Origin: Haplodiscus bocki
Lineage: Eukaryota
Length of the DNA stretch: 64,000 nt
Direction: 5' to 3'
Assembly (NCBI GenBank): GCA_965655095.1
Contig: OZ296648.1
Coordinates: 110,174,001-110,238,000, forward strand
Below the pieces are notes generated by a model. It saw nothing but the letters and a program-made list of their open reading frames with translations, was not told the DNA's origin and searched no databases. Each line of letters starts with the position of its first letter. The stretch's first letter is position 1. Of the stretch, positions 38,601-52,400 are shown in pieces. The translations under genes were made by a program, and so were the position numbers.

Positions 38601-40226
38601 TGGACGACCGCATCACTTTCAATTTCGCTTTTGCATAAACATTTCTTCGCACTGGACCGTAGAAGCTGCTCCCGTTCTTTTGTGCCCAAGACTTTCTTTA
38701 GATCAGGATATTTTTGATTTTCTCCATCACAAAATTTCAACCATCTTCTGAGGCAATCAACCAGTTTGTTGATATTGTTCTCCCCACAATAAAAAGACTC
38801 TTTGACAACACTATTTGATCGGGAGTCAACAGGTACTGCACCATAGCTGGCTGCAAATTGATTATCGATAACGATTGTGGGCCGACCTTTGCTTTTTTGC
38901 TCGGGGACCAGCAAGGCTTCCAAATCAGCGTACACAGTAAAGGTGCAACGCTGTGTTTTCTGCCAATCGCAGAACTTTATAATTTCGTTTCCGGAGAGGG
39001 CACTTCAATTCGTAAAGGTGTATTCTCGGAACACACTCTGGTGTGATTGTTGAAATTTTTTTTTCAACACGGATTGCATGCAGTTCGCACAAAATTTCGT
39101 TCTAGTTCCCTTCATGCTCTTCTTATAGGATCCACACATTTGGTGCATGAAGTTTTAAAAGTCGGTGATGAGACAATAGTGGGACGTTTCTGCGTTAGTC
39201 AACAGCACAAGGTTGATATTCTTCCGAACATTTTCTCTCCTCTTCCTCCAATAGCACGTAGTGAGAACGGCATCTTCGCGGTAACGGAACACTGCAATGG
39301 AAAGATTATTACCGTGCTCAAATTTAGGAATGTGCTCGATTTTCATTGGCATGTGGTTCGGATCGGATATCAGTTCAGGCAGACGGCTCGAGTAATTACT
39401 TGCACGGCATCGTTTATGTGTCACTGGGAACAAGGCTGCAGCAACACAGTAGAGGAAACAAAAGTCGTCGCATACGTTTTTGATATTCAGTAAACTTTTC
39501 TTCAGTTTCTCCATTTTCGGAGGTGTTGGAAAAAATGACGAACCAGAGAGGGCTCTGCCTTTGCAAACTTTCAAGTCAACATTAATCAGCTTTTGAACTA
39601 CCCATCCAGATCCACCTGAACAAAATATACTGATTTGGCCAATTACTTGCTCAATAGTGTCAAACCAATGATCATCATCAATTAGGCCGACAACACGCAA
39701 TAGGCTAGAATTGAAGTACGGAGTAACACTTTGTTCATCGAGGGGTTTCATCAATTGCACATAAACCCACTCTCGAATGTCCCTGCCCCTGAATTTTTTC
39801 AAAAAAAAGTTTTCAGATCATCCTTGTTATCCAGCAGAAAGTCGAAAGGATCAACAAGATCTTCTGCGGGGGCTTTTCGAGAAATTTGGAAATGAGAATT
39901 CATAGCAGCGCTTTCATGAAGTAATAAAACCGGAGTTCTAAATGGACCGCTGTGGACGTCTTTATTTTCCAACTCCAGATGAAAAAATCATTATGATTCT
40001 TTAATGATGATTGCGAACCAAAAACTTGAGCGCAAATTTTACATTGGAATTTCGATTGAAAACTTGTGAAATGAGCGCAAAGGTCTGAAAAGATTGTTGT
40101 TGAGACGCGTAAAAATTTGATGACAGTGCCCGCATTCGAAGTTGCAAGGGACCGGGTTTTTTTTGTGGACCAATCGGACATGTTTTCAAAGTTGTCGTTT
40201 TGTGTCGAGTCCTTTATTACAACCAT
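35630..40226 (-). pseudogene. P2 protein-primed family B DNA polymerase with N-terminal C2H2 fingers and EndoVII-like insert
   Basis: YADLEA (ExoI), HHNHATGEVYGLAHSK (EndoVII/HNH), FFHNVARYDAH (ExoII), FLDS, DVTSLY (motif A), KLMSNACFGK (B), YKDTDS (C), GSGW, C2H2 CKICAQVFGSQSSLKNH; contains an ~0.8-kb tandem duplication. Confidence 0.95.
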
Positions 40227-43200
40227 TACAGCTCAGCTTTTTTGGAAAGATTTCTAACAGTCCCACCGAAAGGGAGATAATCGAAGAGCTGATATTGTTG
40301 CTGAACACAGTACCAGTTGGGATGGAAACATTTCTAAACCATTTTCACCTAGGGTGGAAACATGAAAGCAACGTAGATGGACTTTTAGATTTTTCTGCGT
40401 TTCCATCCCAACAAAATTCTTCGATAGTTGGGCTTTCTAAAAAACTCTCCAACAATGAACTTGCTGATACAGTAAGTATTAAAAGTTTGGGACAAATGAA
40501 TTAAGAAATGTTTTATCTTATCAAATACCTAATCACCCGCCCGTCAAGCCAAGAGACCTCTACTCATCAGGGCGATATCCCAAAAAAGCGAGAGACCAAA
40601 TTTATAACCAACACATTTCACACAAGAAGGCACAAAGTAACCAGATAGCTATCAGTACAATTGAACTTTTCCTCAACATCAATAGACTTACCATCAAAAT
40701 GTCCATCGCAAGACAGTAAAAGTCGGTGTTCAGCCGGCGATAAGTTTTATCTAACAGCAGCGAGTTATCAAAAGGGAGACCAAACTCAACTAAAGTCATT
40801 CTCAAACTAGCTTAGGCAACAAAGAGACATCTAATTTCTTTCCATAATTTTTTAAAACTTCTGCTTCATAATCGCCATGGCTGAAAACAATGAAAACTTC
40901 TCAACAATGATACTGCACGAACCGCGAGAGCTGAGGGTGCGGATGTTTGCCGGAAAAGCCCATTTGGCTTTGACGAAGAAGCATTTCGACGAATTTGGCG
41001 AAATGTCCGATACAGGCAGGCAAGATATGGTAATCAAAGGCCGACATTTCACAAAGTTGACCCAACTCAACTGGACAAGAATACTCTTCAGCTTGCTGGG
41101 GAACAACATCGCCCCCACGAGACGTCTTGGTGCCGCTGAGAGCAAACGAGGATTCAGGACTATCGAATGATTCTCGATTTCAGTAAATCATTCTCAACGA
41201 GCAAAATTAGTATTAACTTATTAATATGACCACTCATTGGAATCTGGATGTACTAACTATGTTTGTTAGATTTGCAATGGAGATGAATGTTTGCGAGACA
41301 ATTAGAAGTTTTAATTTGGATATTTGTTTCAGCTACGAATACAGATTTCCGTGTGTCAGTGTACGTATATAATTCAAATGTACACATTCGAAAGGTCGTG
41401 TACATTACACTGCGAAAATACGAGACGAACAAACAGAATGGGACATTCGAAAGAGACGGGGAGGGCATAACGATACACCACTGTGAAATAATGGAAATTG
41501 TCATGGATTATAATAGATATCTAGATCGTATCCAGCATAACCCAAGACTTTCTTCAGATCAGGATATTTTTGATTTTCTCCATCACAAAATTTCAACCAT
41601 CTTCTGAGGCAATCAACCAGTTTGTTGATATTGTTCTCACCACAATAAAAAGACTCTTTGACAACACCATTTGATCGGGAGTCAACAGGTACTGCACCAT
41701 AGCTGGCTGGAAATTGATTATCGATAACGATTGTGGGTCGACCTTTGCTTTTTTGCTCGGGGACCAGCAAGGCTTCCAAATCAACGTACACAGTAAAGGT
41801 GCAACGCTGTGTTTTCTGCCAATCGCAGAACTTTATAATTTCGTTTCCGGAGAGGGCATTTCAATTCGTAAAGGTGTATTCTCGGAACACACTCTGGTGT
41901 GATTGTTGAAATTTTTTTTTCAACACGGATTGCATGCAGTTCGCACAAAATTTCGTTCTAGTTCCCTTCATGCTCTTCTTATAGGATCCACACATTTGGT
42001 GCATGAAGTTTTAAAAGTCGGTGATGAGACAATAGTGGGACGTTTCTGCGTTAGTCAACAGCACAAGGTTGATATTCTTCCGAACATTTTCTCTCCTCTT
42101 CCTCCAATAGCACGTAGTGAGAACGGCATCTTCGCGGTAACGGAACACTGCAATGGAAAGATTATTACCGTGCTCAAATTTAGGAATGTGCTCGATTTTC
42201 ATTGGCATGTGGTTCGGATCGGATATCAGTTCAGGCAGACGGCTCGAGTAATTACTTGCACGGCATCGTTTATGTGTCACTGGGAACAAGGCTGCAGCAA
42301 CACAGTAGAGGAAACAAAAGTCGTCGCATACGTTTTTGATATTCAGTAAACTTTTCTTCAGTTTCTCCATTTTCGGAGGTGTTGGAAAAAATGACGAACC
42401 AGAGAGGGCTCTGCCTTTGCAAACTTTCAAGTCAACATTAATCAGCTTTTGAACTACCCATCCAGATCCACCTGAACAAAATATACTGATTTGGCCAATT
42501 ACTTGCTCAATAGTGTCAAACCAATGATCATCATCAATTAGGCCGACAACACGCAATAGGCTAGAATTGAAGTACGGAGTAACACTTTGTTCATCGAGGG
42601 GTTTCATCAATTGCACATAAACCCACTCTCGAATGTCCCTGCCCCTGAATTTTTTCAAAAAAAAGTTTTCAGATCATCCTTGTTATCCAGCAGAAAGTCG
42701 AAAGGATCAACAAGATCTTCTGCGGGGGCTTTGCGAGAAATTTGGAAATGAGAATTCATAGCAGCGCTTTCATGAAGTAATAAAACCGGAGTTCTAAATG
42801 GACCGCTGTGGACGTCTTTATTTTCCAACTCCAGATGAAAAAATCATTATGATTCTTTAATGATGATTGCGAACCAAAAACTTGAGCGCAAATTTTACAT
42901 TGGAATTTCGAATGAAAACTTGTGAAATGAGCGCAAAGGTCTGAAAAGATTGTTGTTGAGACGCGTAAAAATTTGATGACAGTGCCCGCATTCGAAGTTG
43001 CAAGGGACCGGGTTTTTTTTGTGGACCAATCGGACATGTTTTCAAAGTTGTCGTTTTGTGTCGAGTCCTTTATTACAACCATTACAGCTCAGCTTTTTTG
43101 GAAAGATTTCTAACAGTCCCACCGAAAGGGAGATAATCGAAGAGCTGATATTGTTGCTGAACACAGTACCAGTTGGGATGGAAACATTTCTAAACCATTT

Positions 43201-44392
43201 TCACCTAGGGTGGAAACATGAAAGCAACGTAGATGGACTTTTAGATTTTTCTGCGTTTCCATCCCAACAAAATTCTTCGATAGTTGGGCTTTCTAAAAAA
43301 CTCTCCAACAATGAACTTGCTGATACAGTAAGTATTAAAAGTTTGGGACAAATGAATTAAGAAATGTTTTATCTTATCAAATACCTAATCACCCGCCCGT
43401 CAAGCCAAGAGACCTCTACTCATCAGGGCGATATCCCAAAAAAGCGAGAGACCAAATTTATAACCAACACATTTCACACAAGAAGGCACAAAGTAACCAG
43501 ATAGCTATCAGTACAATTGAACTTTTCCTCAACATCAATAGACTTACCATCAAAATGTCCATCGCAAGACAGTAAAAGTCGGTGTTCAGCCGGCGATAAG
43601 TTTTATCTAACAGCAGCGAGTTATCAAAAGGGAGACCAAACTCAACTAAAGTCATTCCCAAACTAGCTTAGGCAACAAAGAGACATCTAATTTCTTTCCA
43701 TAATTTTTTAAAACTTCTGCTTCATAATCGCCATGGCTGAAAACAATGAAAACTTCTCAACGATACTGCACGAAGCGCGAGAGCTGAGGGTGCGGATGTT
43801 TGCCGGAAAAGCCCATTTGGCTTTGACGAAGAAGCATTTCGACGAATTTGGCGAAATGTCGGATACAGGCAGGCAAGATATGGTAATCAAAGGCCGACAT
43901 TTCACAAAGTTGACCCAACTCAACTGGACAAGAATACTCTTCAGCTTGCTGGGGAACAACATCGCCCCACGAGACGTCTTGGTGCCGCTGAGAGCAAACG
44001 AGGATTCAGGACTATCGAATGATTCTCGATTTCAGTAAATCATTCTCAACGAGCAAAATTAGTATTAACTTATTAATATGACCACTCATTGGAATCTGGA
44101 TGTACTAACTATGTTTGTTAGATTTGCAATGGAGATGAATGTTTGCGAGACAATTAGAAGTTTTAATTTGGATATTTGTTTCAGCTACGAATACAGATTT
44201 CCGTGTGTCAGTGTACGTATATAATTCAAATGTACACATTCGAAAGGCCGTGTACATTACACTGCGAAAATACGAGACGAACAAACAGAATGGGACATTC
44301 GAAAGAGACGGGGAGGGCATAACGATACACCACTGTGAAATAAGGGAAATTTTCATGGATTATAATAGATATCTAGATCGTATCCAGCATAA
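38685..44392. repeat. Tandem duplication, ~2856-bp unit (38685-41540 and 41541-44392)
   Basis: Duplicated ORFs in the track; junction ...cagcataa|cccaagact at 41540/41541. Confidence 0.95.
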
Positions 44393-44570
44393 CCAACCGC
44401 AACAAGGTTCTTCAAGTTCAACTAAACAACTATCAAAAATTGCATGCAAGAGGGAAGCGGCTGAAGAGAACATCACCGATGAAGAAGAAGCGCCTCTGTC
44501 TCGCTTCAAGTCAGCGAAACGAGCATTCGCAAAGTCAGAGACAGAAGTCGTCTCTCTTGGACGACAGTGA
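43733..44570 (+). pseudogene. P2 tandem PC4-like ssDNA-binding ORFs (partial copy at 40877-41540)
   Basis: LRVRMFAGKAHLAL...DEFGEM..GR and FRVSVYVY...VYITLRKY...GITI resemble the PC4 fold pattern. Confidence 0.45.
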
Positions 44571-45251
44571 ATGAACAATTCAATCAAGTGTATTGTTAGA
44601 AGTTCCACTATTGATAATTCTGATTATAATGAAGTTGGTTAATGGTCTATACATATAATCTCCATTACATTTTAAAAATACCGAATATGAATTTATAAGG
44701 TAAAACTGTCTTTTTCTGGCGAAAAAATTCGAAATAGCAAAAGTTATTGTCGAAAAATTGAAAGAAGAGCCGTTGAACTGAAAAGGGATTGCAAAAAATT
44801 AATGAGAACAAAAGTAGTATTTTATGACATAGCTTGGTTTTGATGCTCTGAAATGCAATGAGTTGAATTTCAATTTAGTTTCGAAGCTGAAATTCGAAAA
44901 AAAGACTCAATGGATGCGAAAATGAAACAGGCAGAAAAATTCAGAAAATCAAAACCCCTTCCAATTTTGCTTCAGAAACGCGCCAACTCTAGCGCGCCGA
45001 ACCATTTGGTCCAGAATTCGCGACTTACATGAAATCCCAGTGGAATAAACCACCAGGCTACAGGCACCATTGATGTGAAATGAAACTAACCGATTATATA
45101 TACAGCTCATAAGTAAAATAGCGTATGAAGGAAAATAAATGAACTGCAATCACAAAGAATATTTTATGGCTTATGTAGCGGCTATATAAACTTTAAGTAT
45201 TCACACAGTATTTGGTTTGTAATACTATATCAAGGAGAAAAGAAATTAAAC

Positions 45252-45360
45252 ACTGTGACCATGAAATTGTTCTACAGAGATAGAATAGGAACATCGAATT
45301 GCTATAATACTGTAGGGAGCACGAAAGTGTTCGGTAACCCCCCCCCCAACCTATACTACT
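45252..45360 (-). repeat. P2 right TIR
   Basis: Reverse complement of the left TIR, ending ...ccccaacctatactact. Confidence 0.95.
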
Positions 45361-45637
45361 CCCGTGCCAGCTTTACAAGGGAGAAGTTGCGGTTATATGA
45401 AGGTGAATCAACGATAGCAATTTTTATCTGGCTTCAGCGAACGATTACTGATTTTCTATCTATTATTGATAGCGATCACACCTCTGTTACCCAGCGACCA
45501 TTGCCCAGCAGAAACGGCTTCATTCCTCATACAGTACTTAGGCGTAGCCCGTGTGAACGTATTGCATCTCATACAAATTCAGCTCCTATATTAATTACCA
45601 CATACCCCATTCTGTTACCTTTCAGATATACAAGATA

Positions 45638-45921
45638 CAGTAGTGTCAGAAGAGAAAGGAACCTTTATTTGTGGATTAATAATGGGACGCTACATATACT
45701 TGCGTAACTATAAAAAAACTACTGAAAATCACACTTCATGTTCGAAACAGTTCTTCCGAATTTTATCTAGTTTACAATGGTTTTTTTGAAACTTCTAGGA
45801 TCATTATTAAGAAAGTTAGGAGATTTTGCAACCCTATGTAGTTTTTTATAGTTACGCAAGTATATGTAGCGTCCCATTATTAATTCACAAATAAAGGTTC
45901 CACTCTTTTCTGACACTACTG
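45638..45921. mobile_element. Tc1/mariner-type MITE
   Basis: ~85-bp near-perfect TIRs beginning cagtagtgtcagaa, flanked by TA on both sides. Confidence 0.88.
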
Positions 45922-46384
45922 TACCGTCAACGTATGTTCAACATTCATTTCCAAATTTATGTAGTATACCAACCAATATCATTTGTAATGTACTCCAGTT
46001 GATTTAGTAAATCAAAATAATTAAAATCTTCCAAGTAGTCCCATTTTTGTTCAACAGTTGCAGCCGGATTGGTTCTAGACAGTGCTAACATTTAAGATTC
46101 TGTAGGAATAGGAGGGGATGCGGGGGGGGGGGGGGGAGGGAGGGCTTGGTGCGTTGAAAACAGCCGACCTGGCAGGCGTTTGCTGTGATTGCAGAGGCCA
46201 GGTGTGTTTGCAGGGAAATTCATTAGTAAATAATCCCACGACCGAGTCCCGTTAATCTCACTTAAATGCATGAATGAAAAGCAGCTTAACGGAACAAACA
46301 CAATACTGACTGCCGTCAAACTCCACAAAAAGTTCTTCTCATAGAGGTCCACATTGTTGAAACTTATCCAGTTGAGCATCTCAA

Positions 46385-49300
46385 CTTCTTCTTCTTCTTT
46401 TCACCATGACCGTTGCAATCTTAGGTTCCATCTTCCATTTTCTTCCACTTCTCTTTGTCATTTGCTTTTAGTTCTGCAGTTCTCATATCCTTTATTTTCA
46501 TTTTCTCGAATACAATCGAAGTCCAATTTGTTCTTCTTTTTCCTCTTCCTTTCTTTTCATTAACAATCATCGTCATTTTCTTAAGATCTTTTCCTGCAGA
46601 TTCTCTAAGTATGTGTCCCAGGTATCTGATTTTCCTTTTAATAACTGATTGCAGGAGTTCAGGCTTTTCAATTTTAATTTTTAGAAGAACTTCTTCATTT
46701 GAGACATAGTCGCTCCAGCTGATCTTTAATATTCGTCTGTAGCACCAGAATTCAAAGGCTGTAATTTTCTTTTGAAGCGATTTCGTCAGTGCAAAGCATT
46801 GCGATCCGTATCTCAATATAGACCATATTTGAGTTTTTAGTAGTCGCAGTTTCGTCTTGAGTCTAATGTTTCGCAGGAGTTCTTTGTGTCTCCAGAAGGC
46901 TTGCTTAGATTTCGCAATATTGGCCCGGACATCTACGTCATGTTTCATCGTCTCATTTATCCATATTCCCAAGTACTGAAAATTACTGACTTGTTCTAAC
47001 TTGTCATCACCAATTTGTATATCTATTTTTTGAGTTACATTGTCTGTCACAACCATGCATTTGGTTTTCCTTGGATTTATTTCAATCGACCACTTCTGCA
47101 GGTTGCTTTTTATTCAGAGTGTCATTCAGTTCCTTCTCGCTCTCGGCCATTATAACTGTGTCATCTGCGTAACTAATTTTGTATATTTTCTTTTTCTCAT
47201 ATATTTCGATCCCGTTTTTGATCTTGCAGCTTCTAAAGGCCTCTTCGGCGTAGATATTAAACAGAATGGGTGAAAGGATACGCCCTTGCCTGACGCCTCG
47301 TTTTATTTTTATTTCGTGTTCTCGCTCACTGTCGTTTCGCATGAATGATCGTTGTTTGTTGTATATTTCGCAAATCAGACGAATTTCGGCTTGTTTCACT
47401 CCTTTCTTCTTGAGGACGTCAATGAGCATTTTGTGTTCAACTCTGTCAAAGGCTTTTGTAAAGTCAATAAAGCAGAGGTAAGTACTTTTCCCATGATTTA
47501 TTCTGTTAATCAGGATCGTTTTTAGAGCTGTAATACTTTCCACAGTTCCAACCTTTGGTCTAAAACCAAATTGTAGTGGATCTAGTTGCCTGTTAATTTT
47601 AGTGCTAATCCGATTGTACACTGTTTTACATAAGATTTTCACTGTGTGAGGTATAAGCGCAATTGTTCTGTGCTCTTCACATTTTTTTTGGGATTTCCAC
47701 AAAGATTGATTCGAACCACTCTTCCGGAATTTCTTCTTCTTGCTGATAGATTCGATGAATTAGTTGGCAGACTTGTGACAGTGTTCTGTTACCACCATAC
47801 TTCAGAAATTCTATAGGAATGCCGTCACTTCCCGGGATTTGTTGTTGCTGATTCCGCTTGCCGCATTAAAGATTTCCACAAGAGATATTTCATCGTTTTC
47901 AGTCGTCTTAAATTCTGGTCTTTCAAGCTTGCTGTCATATAGCTCTTCCATGTTTTCTTTCCATCGTTTGTTTATCTTGTCTTTTTCGCATAAAAGGGAT
48001 CCATTTTTATCGGCTATTGCTTTGTTCTGTTTAGGTTTTTCTTTTGGTGCAAGTTGTCTGACAAGTTGATACATTTTCATAGTCTCGTTTCTATTTTCAA
48101 GGTCTTCAACCTCTCGGCATTTTTGTTCTATTTCTTCATCTTTTGCTTCGCGACACTTTCTGCGTATTGTCTTCGTAAGTTCTTTCACTGCTCGTTGGTC
48201 ATTTTCGTTCCGTCGCTGATTCATTAGTTCAATTATTTCATCAGTCATCCAATTATTCCTCTTGTTTCGTTTCTTTTTCGGTATGCAGTTATTCGCAGCT
48301 TTTGTTAGTCTCTGCTTTATATCCACCCAAGTATTTTCACCTGTGATTTCTTGTTCTTCCACATACTTCCTGAACTGGTGTTTGTTTTCTGCCTGTCTTA
48401 GCCAGCCAACGTCGATGTGGTCTTCCCTCTTCGGTTTCTTGATTCTTTGCATGTGTATTTTCAAAGTCCCGATTACTGGATCGTGATCAGATAGCTTGTC
48501 AACTTTGTGTATGACTTTACACTTCCGCAAGGATTTTTCGTACTTTTTGTTTATGGTAATATAATCAATCAGACTCTGTCCTTTTCCACTATCGCTTTTC
48601 CACGTGTAGTTTTTTTTTGATGCTCAAGAACGTGTTCTTTGCTACAAGTTTATGTTTCTCACAGAATTCTACAAACGATCTTCCGTTTCTATTGATTTCG
48701 TTGTTTCCATATTTTCCAGTTATACCATTGATCTCGTTACAGCTAATTCTGCCGTTAAAATCTCCCATAATCACAACTTGCCTGTTCTTTCCTGTGTTCA
48801 GTTGCGTCATTACTTTTTCAACTTTTCCGTAGCACTTCTCTACCTCTTCTTTTTTTGCTGATATGTCGGGTATGTACACTTGGATCAGAACTGCGCAATT
48901 TCGACCCTTGTCCAGGTTGATTCCAATTACATTTGGTCCTTCTGATGCTACATTTATAACTCGCTGGTCCAGCTTATCGCAAATTAGGAAGCCAACTCCT
49001 TTTCGTCCTTTATCATCACAGTCACTTGCATACAGCTTGTACGTTCTTTGATTCGTTTTTGTAGGCCGTAGGGTGTAAGTGTTGGCCTTTATATATGTTT
49101 CAGCTAATCCCATCACGTCGATGTTGAGACGGTCCATTTCTTCGCATAGCATCTGCTGTTTTCCTGTTTCTTTCAAGCTTCTGATATTCCATGTAGCAAT
49201 TTTAAGTTTCTTTGTTTGAGGTTTTCGCTTGTTAACGACCTGAGGAGCCTCATCTCTCCCCCTGCCGGACGAGGTTCTGTTACCAGTCCCATTGACGTCG

Positions 49301-49440
49301 TTGTTTAAATTTTGTGTTGTGGATTGCATGTTGAAGATGGTTTACCATTGCTGCATTGGCCGTTCCTCACGATACGCGAGGCCCGTTGCCCAGGGAATCC
49401 CATCGTGGAGGGTGCAGTTGGCTTTTATTCCCCAACCAAA
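46385..49440 (-). mobile_element. RTE-like non-LTR retrotransposon (APE endonuclease + RT), frameshifted
   Basis: IATWNIRS, MGDFNG, SDHDPV; QFGFR, FIDFTKAFD, GVRQG, YADD; (GAA)n tail at 46385-46400; single-ORF layout; no clear TSD found. Confidence 0.92.
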
Positions 49441-52400
49441 TGCAGCTCAACCAAATGCAAAAATAATACAATTTTCATCCTATTTCAACGTCAAACACAA
49501 AGTATACAGACTTCACAAACACTAGCTCGAGCTGTAATCTCAAATATCCATGTGCTAGGGACCTTCTTTGAAAACACAATGATCAACGGCATAAACAAGA
49601 TTCATTCCTTAATTTATTAATCAAAGCTATCGCCCGAAAAAAAATCTGGAAAGTTTTGATTTTGTCATTCATTTCTCATGTTGTAACATTCAGTTTAAAT
49701 CAACTTTAAGTAGCCATACAATTGGAAATCAACAGTTTTCGATCCGCGAATTTCAACTTCCAGCAAACTCGAAACCCATACAAGCCTGCGCTATTCGTAG
49801 GGGTATTTGATGTTTCAGAACAATTAATATTTGAGAAGAGTTACCAGGACTCCAGTCTTGAAAAGCCGAGAGCGGCAAAGTCTGCGTCCCCAATAAGACT
49901 CAAATTACTCATAGAATGGGAACTTTTGATGTTTGAAAACTTCAATTTTTTCGGAAAGATGTGCCGAAACCAATGCGCAATGCCTGTTACGAAAAAATTT
50001 TGCGCCGAAGGCCCAAATTCTTCTTTCAAAAAACACACGATCGATCGTTCCCCAAAAAATTTATTTGTTTTGAATCTTGAAATTTATTGAATTACCCGAA
50101 TGTGGGATATCACGAAAGTTTTTTGGAATTTGCTCTTCGGAAAATTTTTGAAGAAATTATATCACCAATGATTTGATCTACGGATATCTGCCTGTACGAA
50201 AAAAAATCAACTTTCGTATAAGCATTTTGAAGAAGTTTGGAACGTTCTACTTATGAAAATGTGTATGGTATTTATTCTGCAGGTACACTGAGTAAAAATA
50301 TGCAAGGTTCGAACACAGAGTCAGGTCTGTCATCTTAAAAAAACAAAAGGTTACTATAGTTGGTCTTGTTAGTATAACTAAAAACATCACTATAAATGCG
50401 TAAGTTCATCGTTTAAACTGTAATTTTGACCGGATGTATGATCGAAAAAGTCCAACAGGAAGTTCTTGTTTGAAAAGTTTTCCAAGTGTTCAAAGTGGTG
50501 CCTTCTTTTCCTTTGTACACTATTTTTTTTGTCGGCACTGGTGATGTACAATTACAGGATCATTTGAAGGATAGCTTAAATCATCCTTAAAAATTTCATC
50601 AACTTTTATAAGAAAAATTATAACTATTTTTATGTAAAAATTTCTGTTGAGTTTTTTTGACAAAAAATGAAAAAGTCAAATTTTCATTTTTATATGCCGA
50701 ATCAACTATAAAAGTTGACGCCGTGATGAAAAACTGATCGAAAACTTTGACAGACATAGCCGATATAATGCTGATCTGATCAACTCAGTTTTGCGAATTT
50801 ATTCTGAAAAAAATGAAAATTCAAGAGATTCCTTCAAATTTTCAGATTTCCTTCAAATCAAAAAAAGGCTTTCAAATAAAAATGTAAATCACTGGTCGGC
50901 ACTTTCGAAGAAAATCTGCAAAATTTTGGTTAAATCAATAAACAATGGACTTACAGAGTAAATAGAGGTACCCTGAGAAAGCTCATTGAAAAGCCTGTCA
51001 GATGTTTAATTTGTTTGCTCAAAATGCTAATAAAATCATGAGGAAATTCCGCTAGAAACTGTCAAATCTTATCTATGTATCACGTATGGCTCCTAAGCAC
51101 AAACATTTCCAGTTTTTTCGCGAATTTCTCAACAATAATACAAGAGAAAAGTTCATGTACATATTTTTGTTCGCTTGGATCTTTCCCAAAACTTTTTACT
51201 TTTACACTTTTCGAAAAATGAACTCTCAAATATTGAACGTCGAAAAACGAGATCAACATTTATATTTGTTATCTTTAAACATGCATTTCTTTTTTTTTCA
51301 GTACCAAATTATTAAAAATTCTTTCAGTTTTGGACAACAATCCCATTATTGAATCCAGCCACCAATCGGAGGAGACTCAGGGGCATCTTTTGAGCACAAT
51401 ATTTACCCGAAAATACTTTTTCCAGTTTGCAAAAATGTCAAAAATCTGTCAAATAATTAATTTTCAACAAAAATATCATCTTTAGAACTTCTCTAATATT
51501 GGTCCTAGGATTTTCAAACAAAGACCATTGTTGTAATCTACGTTCAAATTCTGAAACTTTTGTACATGAGATTTCTCTCTGAAGTGATTAGTTTGCAAAT
51601 TCGAGTGCTCAAAAGTGACGCAAAATGCACGCTCAGTCGCATTTCTTTTTGACACTATTGCAATGACTCCGTTTCTCTTTGTGAACATCACATCGCAATC
51701 AAATGGGCAACGCATATAATATCGCAGGTTGATTAGGTACTGAAGGTTCACCCCATGCTTTTTTCCGCACTGTGACACAAAAGCTTTTAGCCAGGATAGA
51801 AGACACCCCTTCTGATGTATCTAGAATTTTCAGAACACCAAAGGTCCCCAGTACGACAATTTTCGACACTGAGACAAAATTTCCGACCAAAAATGAATTT
51901 CCTCGATTCTTTTTCTGCTCGACCAATGGGAAATGACTTGGAGGTGATGGTCTCGGCTTGCCCATTCCTTCATTTGAAATGGATACTGCAATGATAACTT
52001 GTGATTATTTTTTGATGAAAGATCTGTGGCTCTTCCACCTCGGTTCTGAGCCCTGATGATAATGATGCACCAAGACGTATAAAACATTGAAGACTCAATT
52101 TTAACTATTAGCCGCAACATTTAGGTAAACATAAAATAATGATTACGTTGTGACAATTTAGAGCGAAGTTTACAAAGAAAAACCACATCCGCTTTACAAT
52201 GAAGAATAAATGTAAATTAAATAGGATAAGGATTTCAAAGACAGACGAAAGATTAAAGGGCAGGTATTTGGGGTTCGGTAGGGGTAACTGCCTAACCTGG
52301 GAGAAAACAGGAAAAAAATGCGACCTCACAGGGATCTGACCTTACTCGGATCGAAAGGCGTGGTACTTATGTCATGGAAAATTACATTCCAAAATTGCTT

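Larger units (their letters stand above)
25683..45360 (+). mobile_element. Polinton/Maverick (adintovirus-like) element P2, full gene set but degenerate, with internal duplications
   Basis: AGTAGT...ACTACT termini, ~105-bp TIRs, perfect 6-bp TSD cccgtg (25677-25682, 45361-45366); ATPase, integrase, penton, hexon and protease on +, pPolB on -. Confidence 0.97.

Noticed and set aside
39047-39493. 148-aa plus-strand ORF (also 41903-42349)
   Set aside because: Antisense shadow of the pPolB N-terminal region.
45255-45707. 150-aa ORF
   Set aside because: Spans the P2 TIR, flanking DNA and a MITE; chance open frame.
49430-49545. Target-site duplication for the LINE
   Set aside because: Only short ctcaa/atctcaa matches to the other flank; not convincing.
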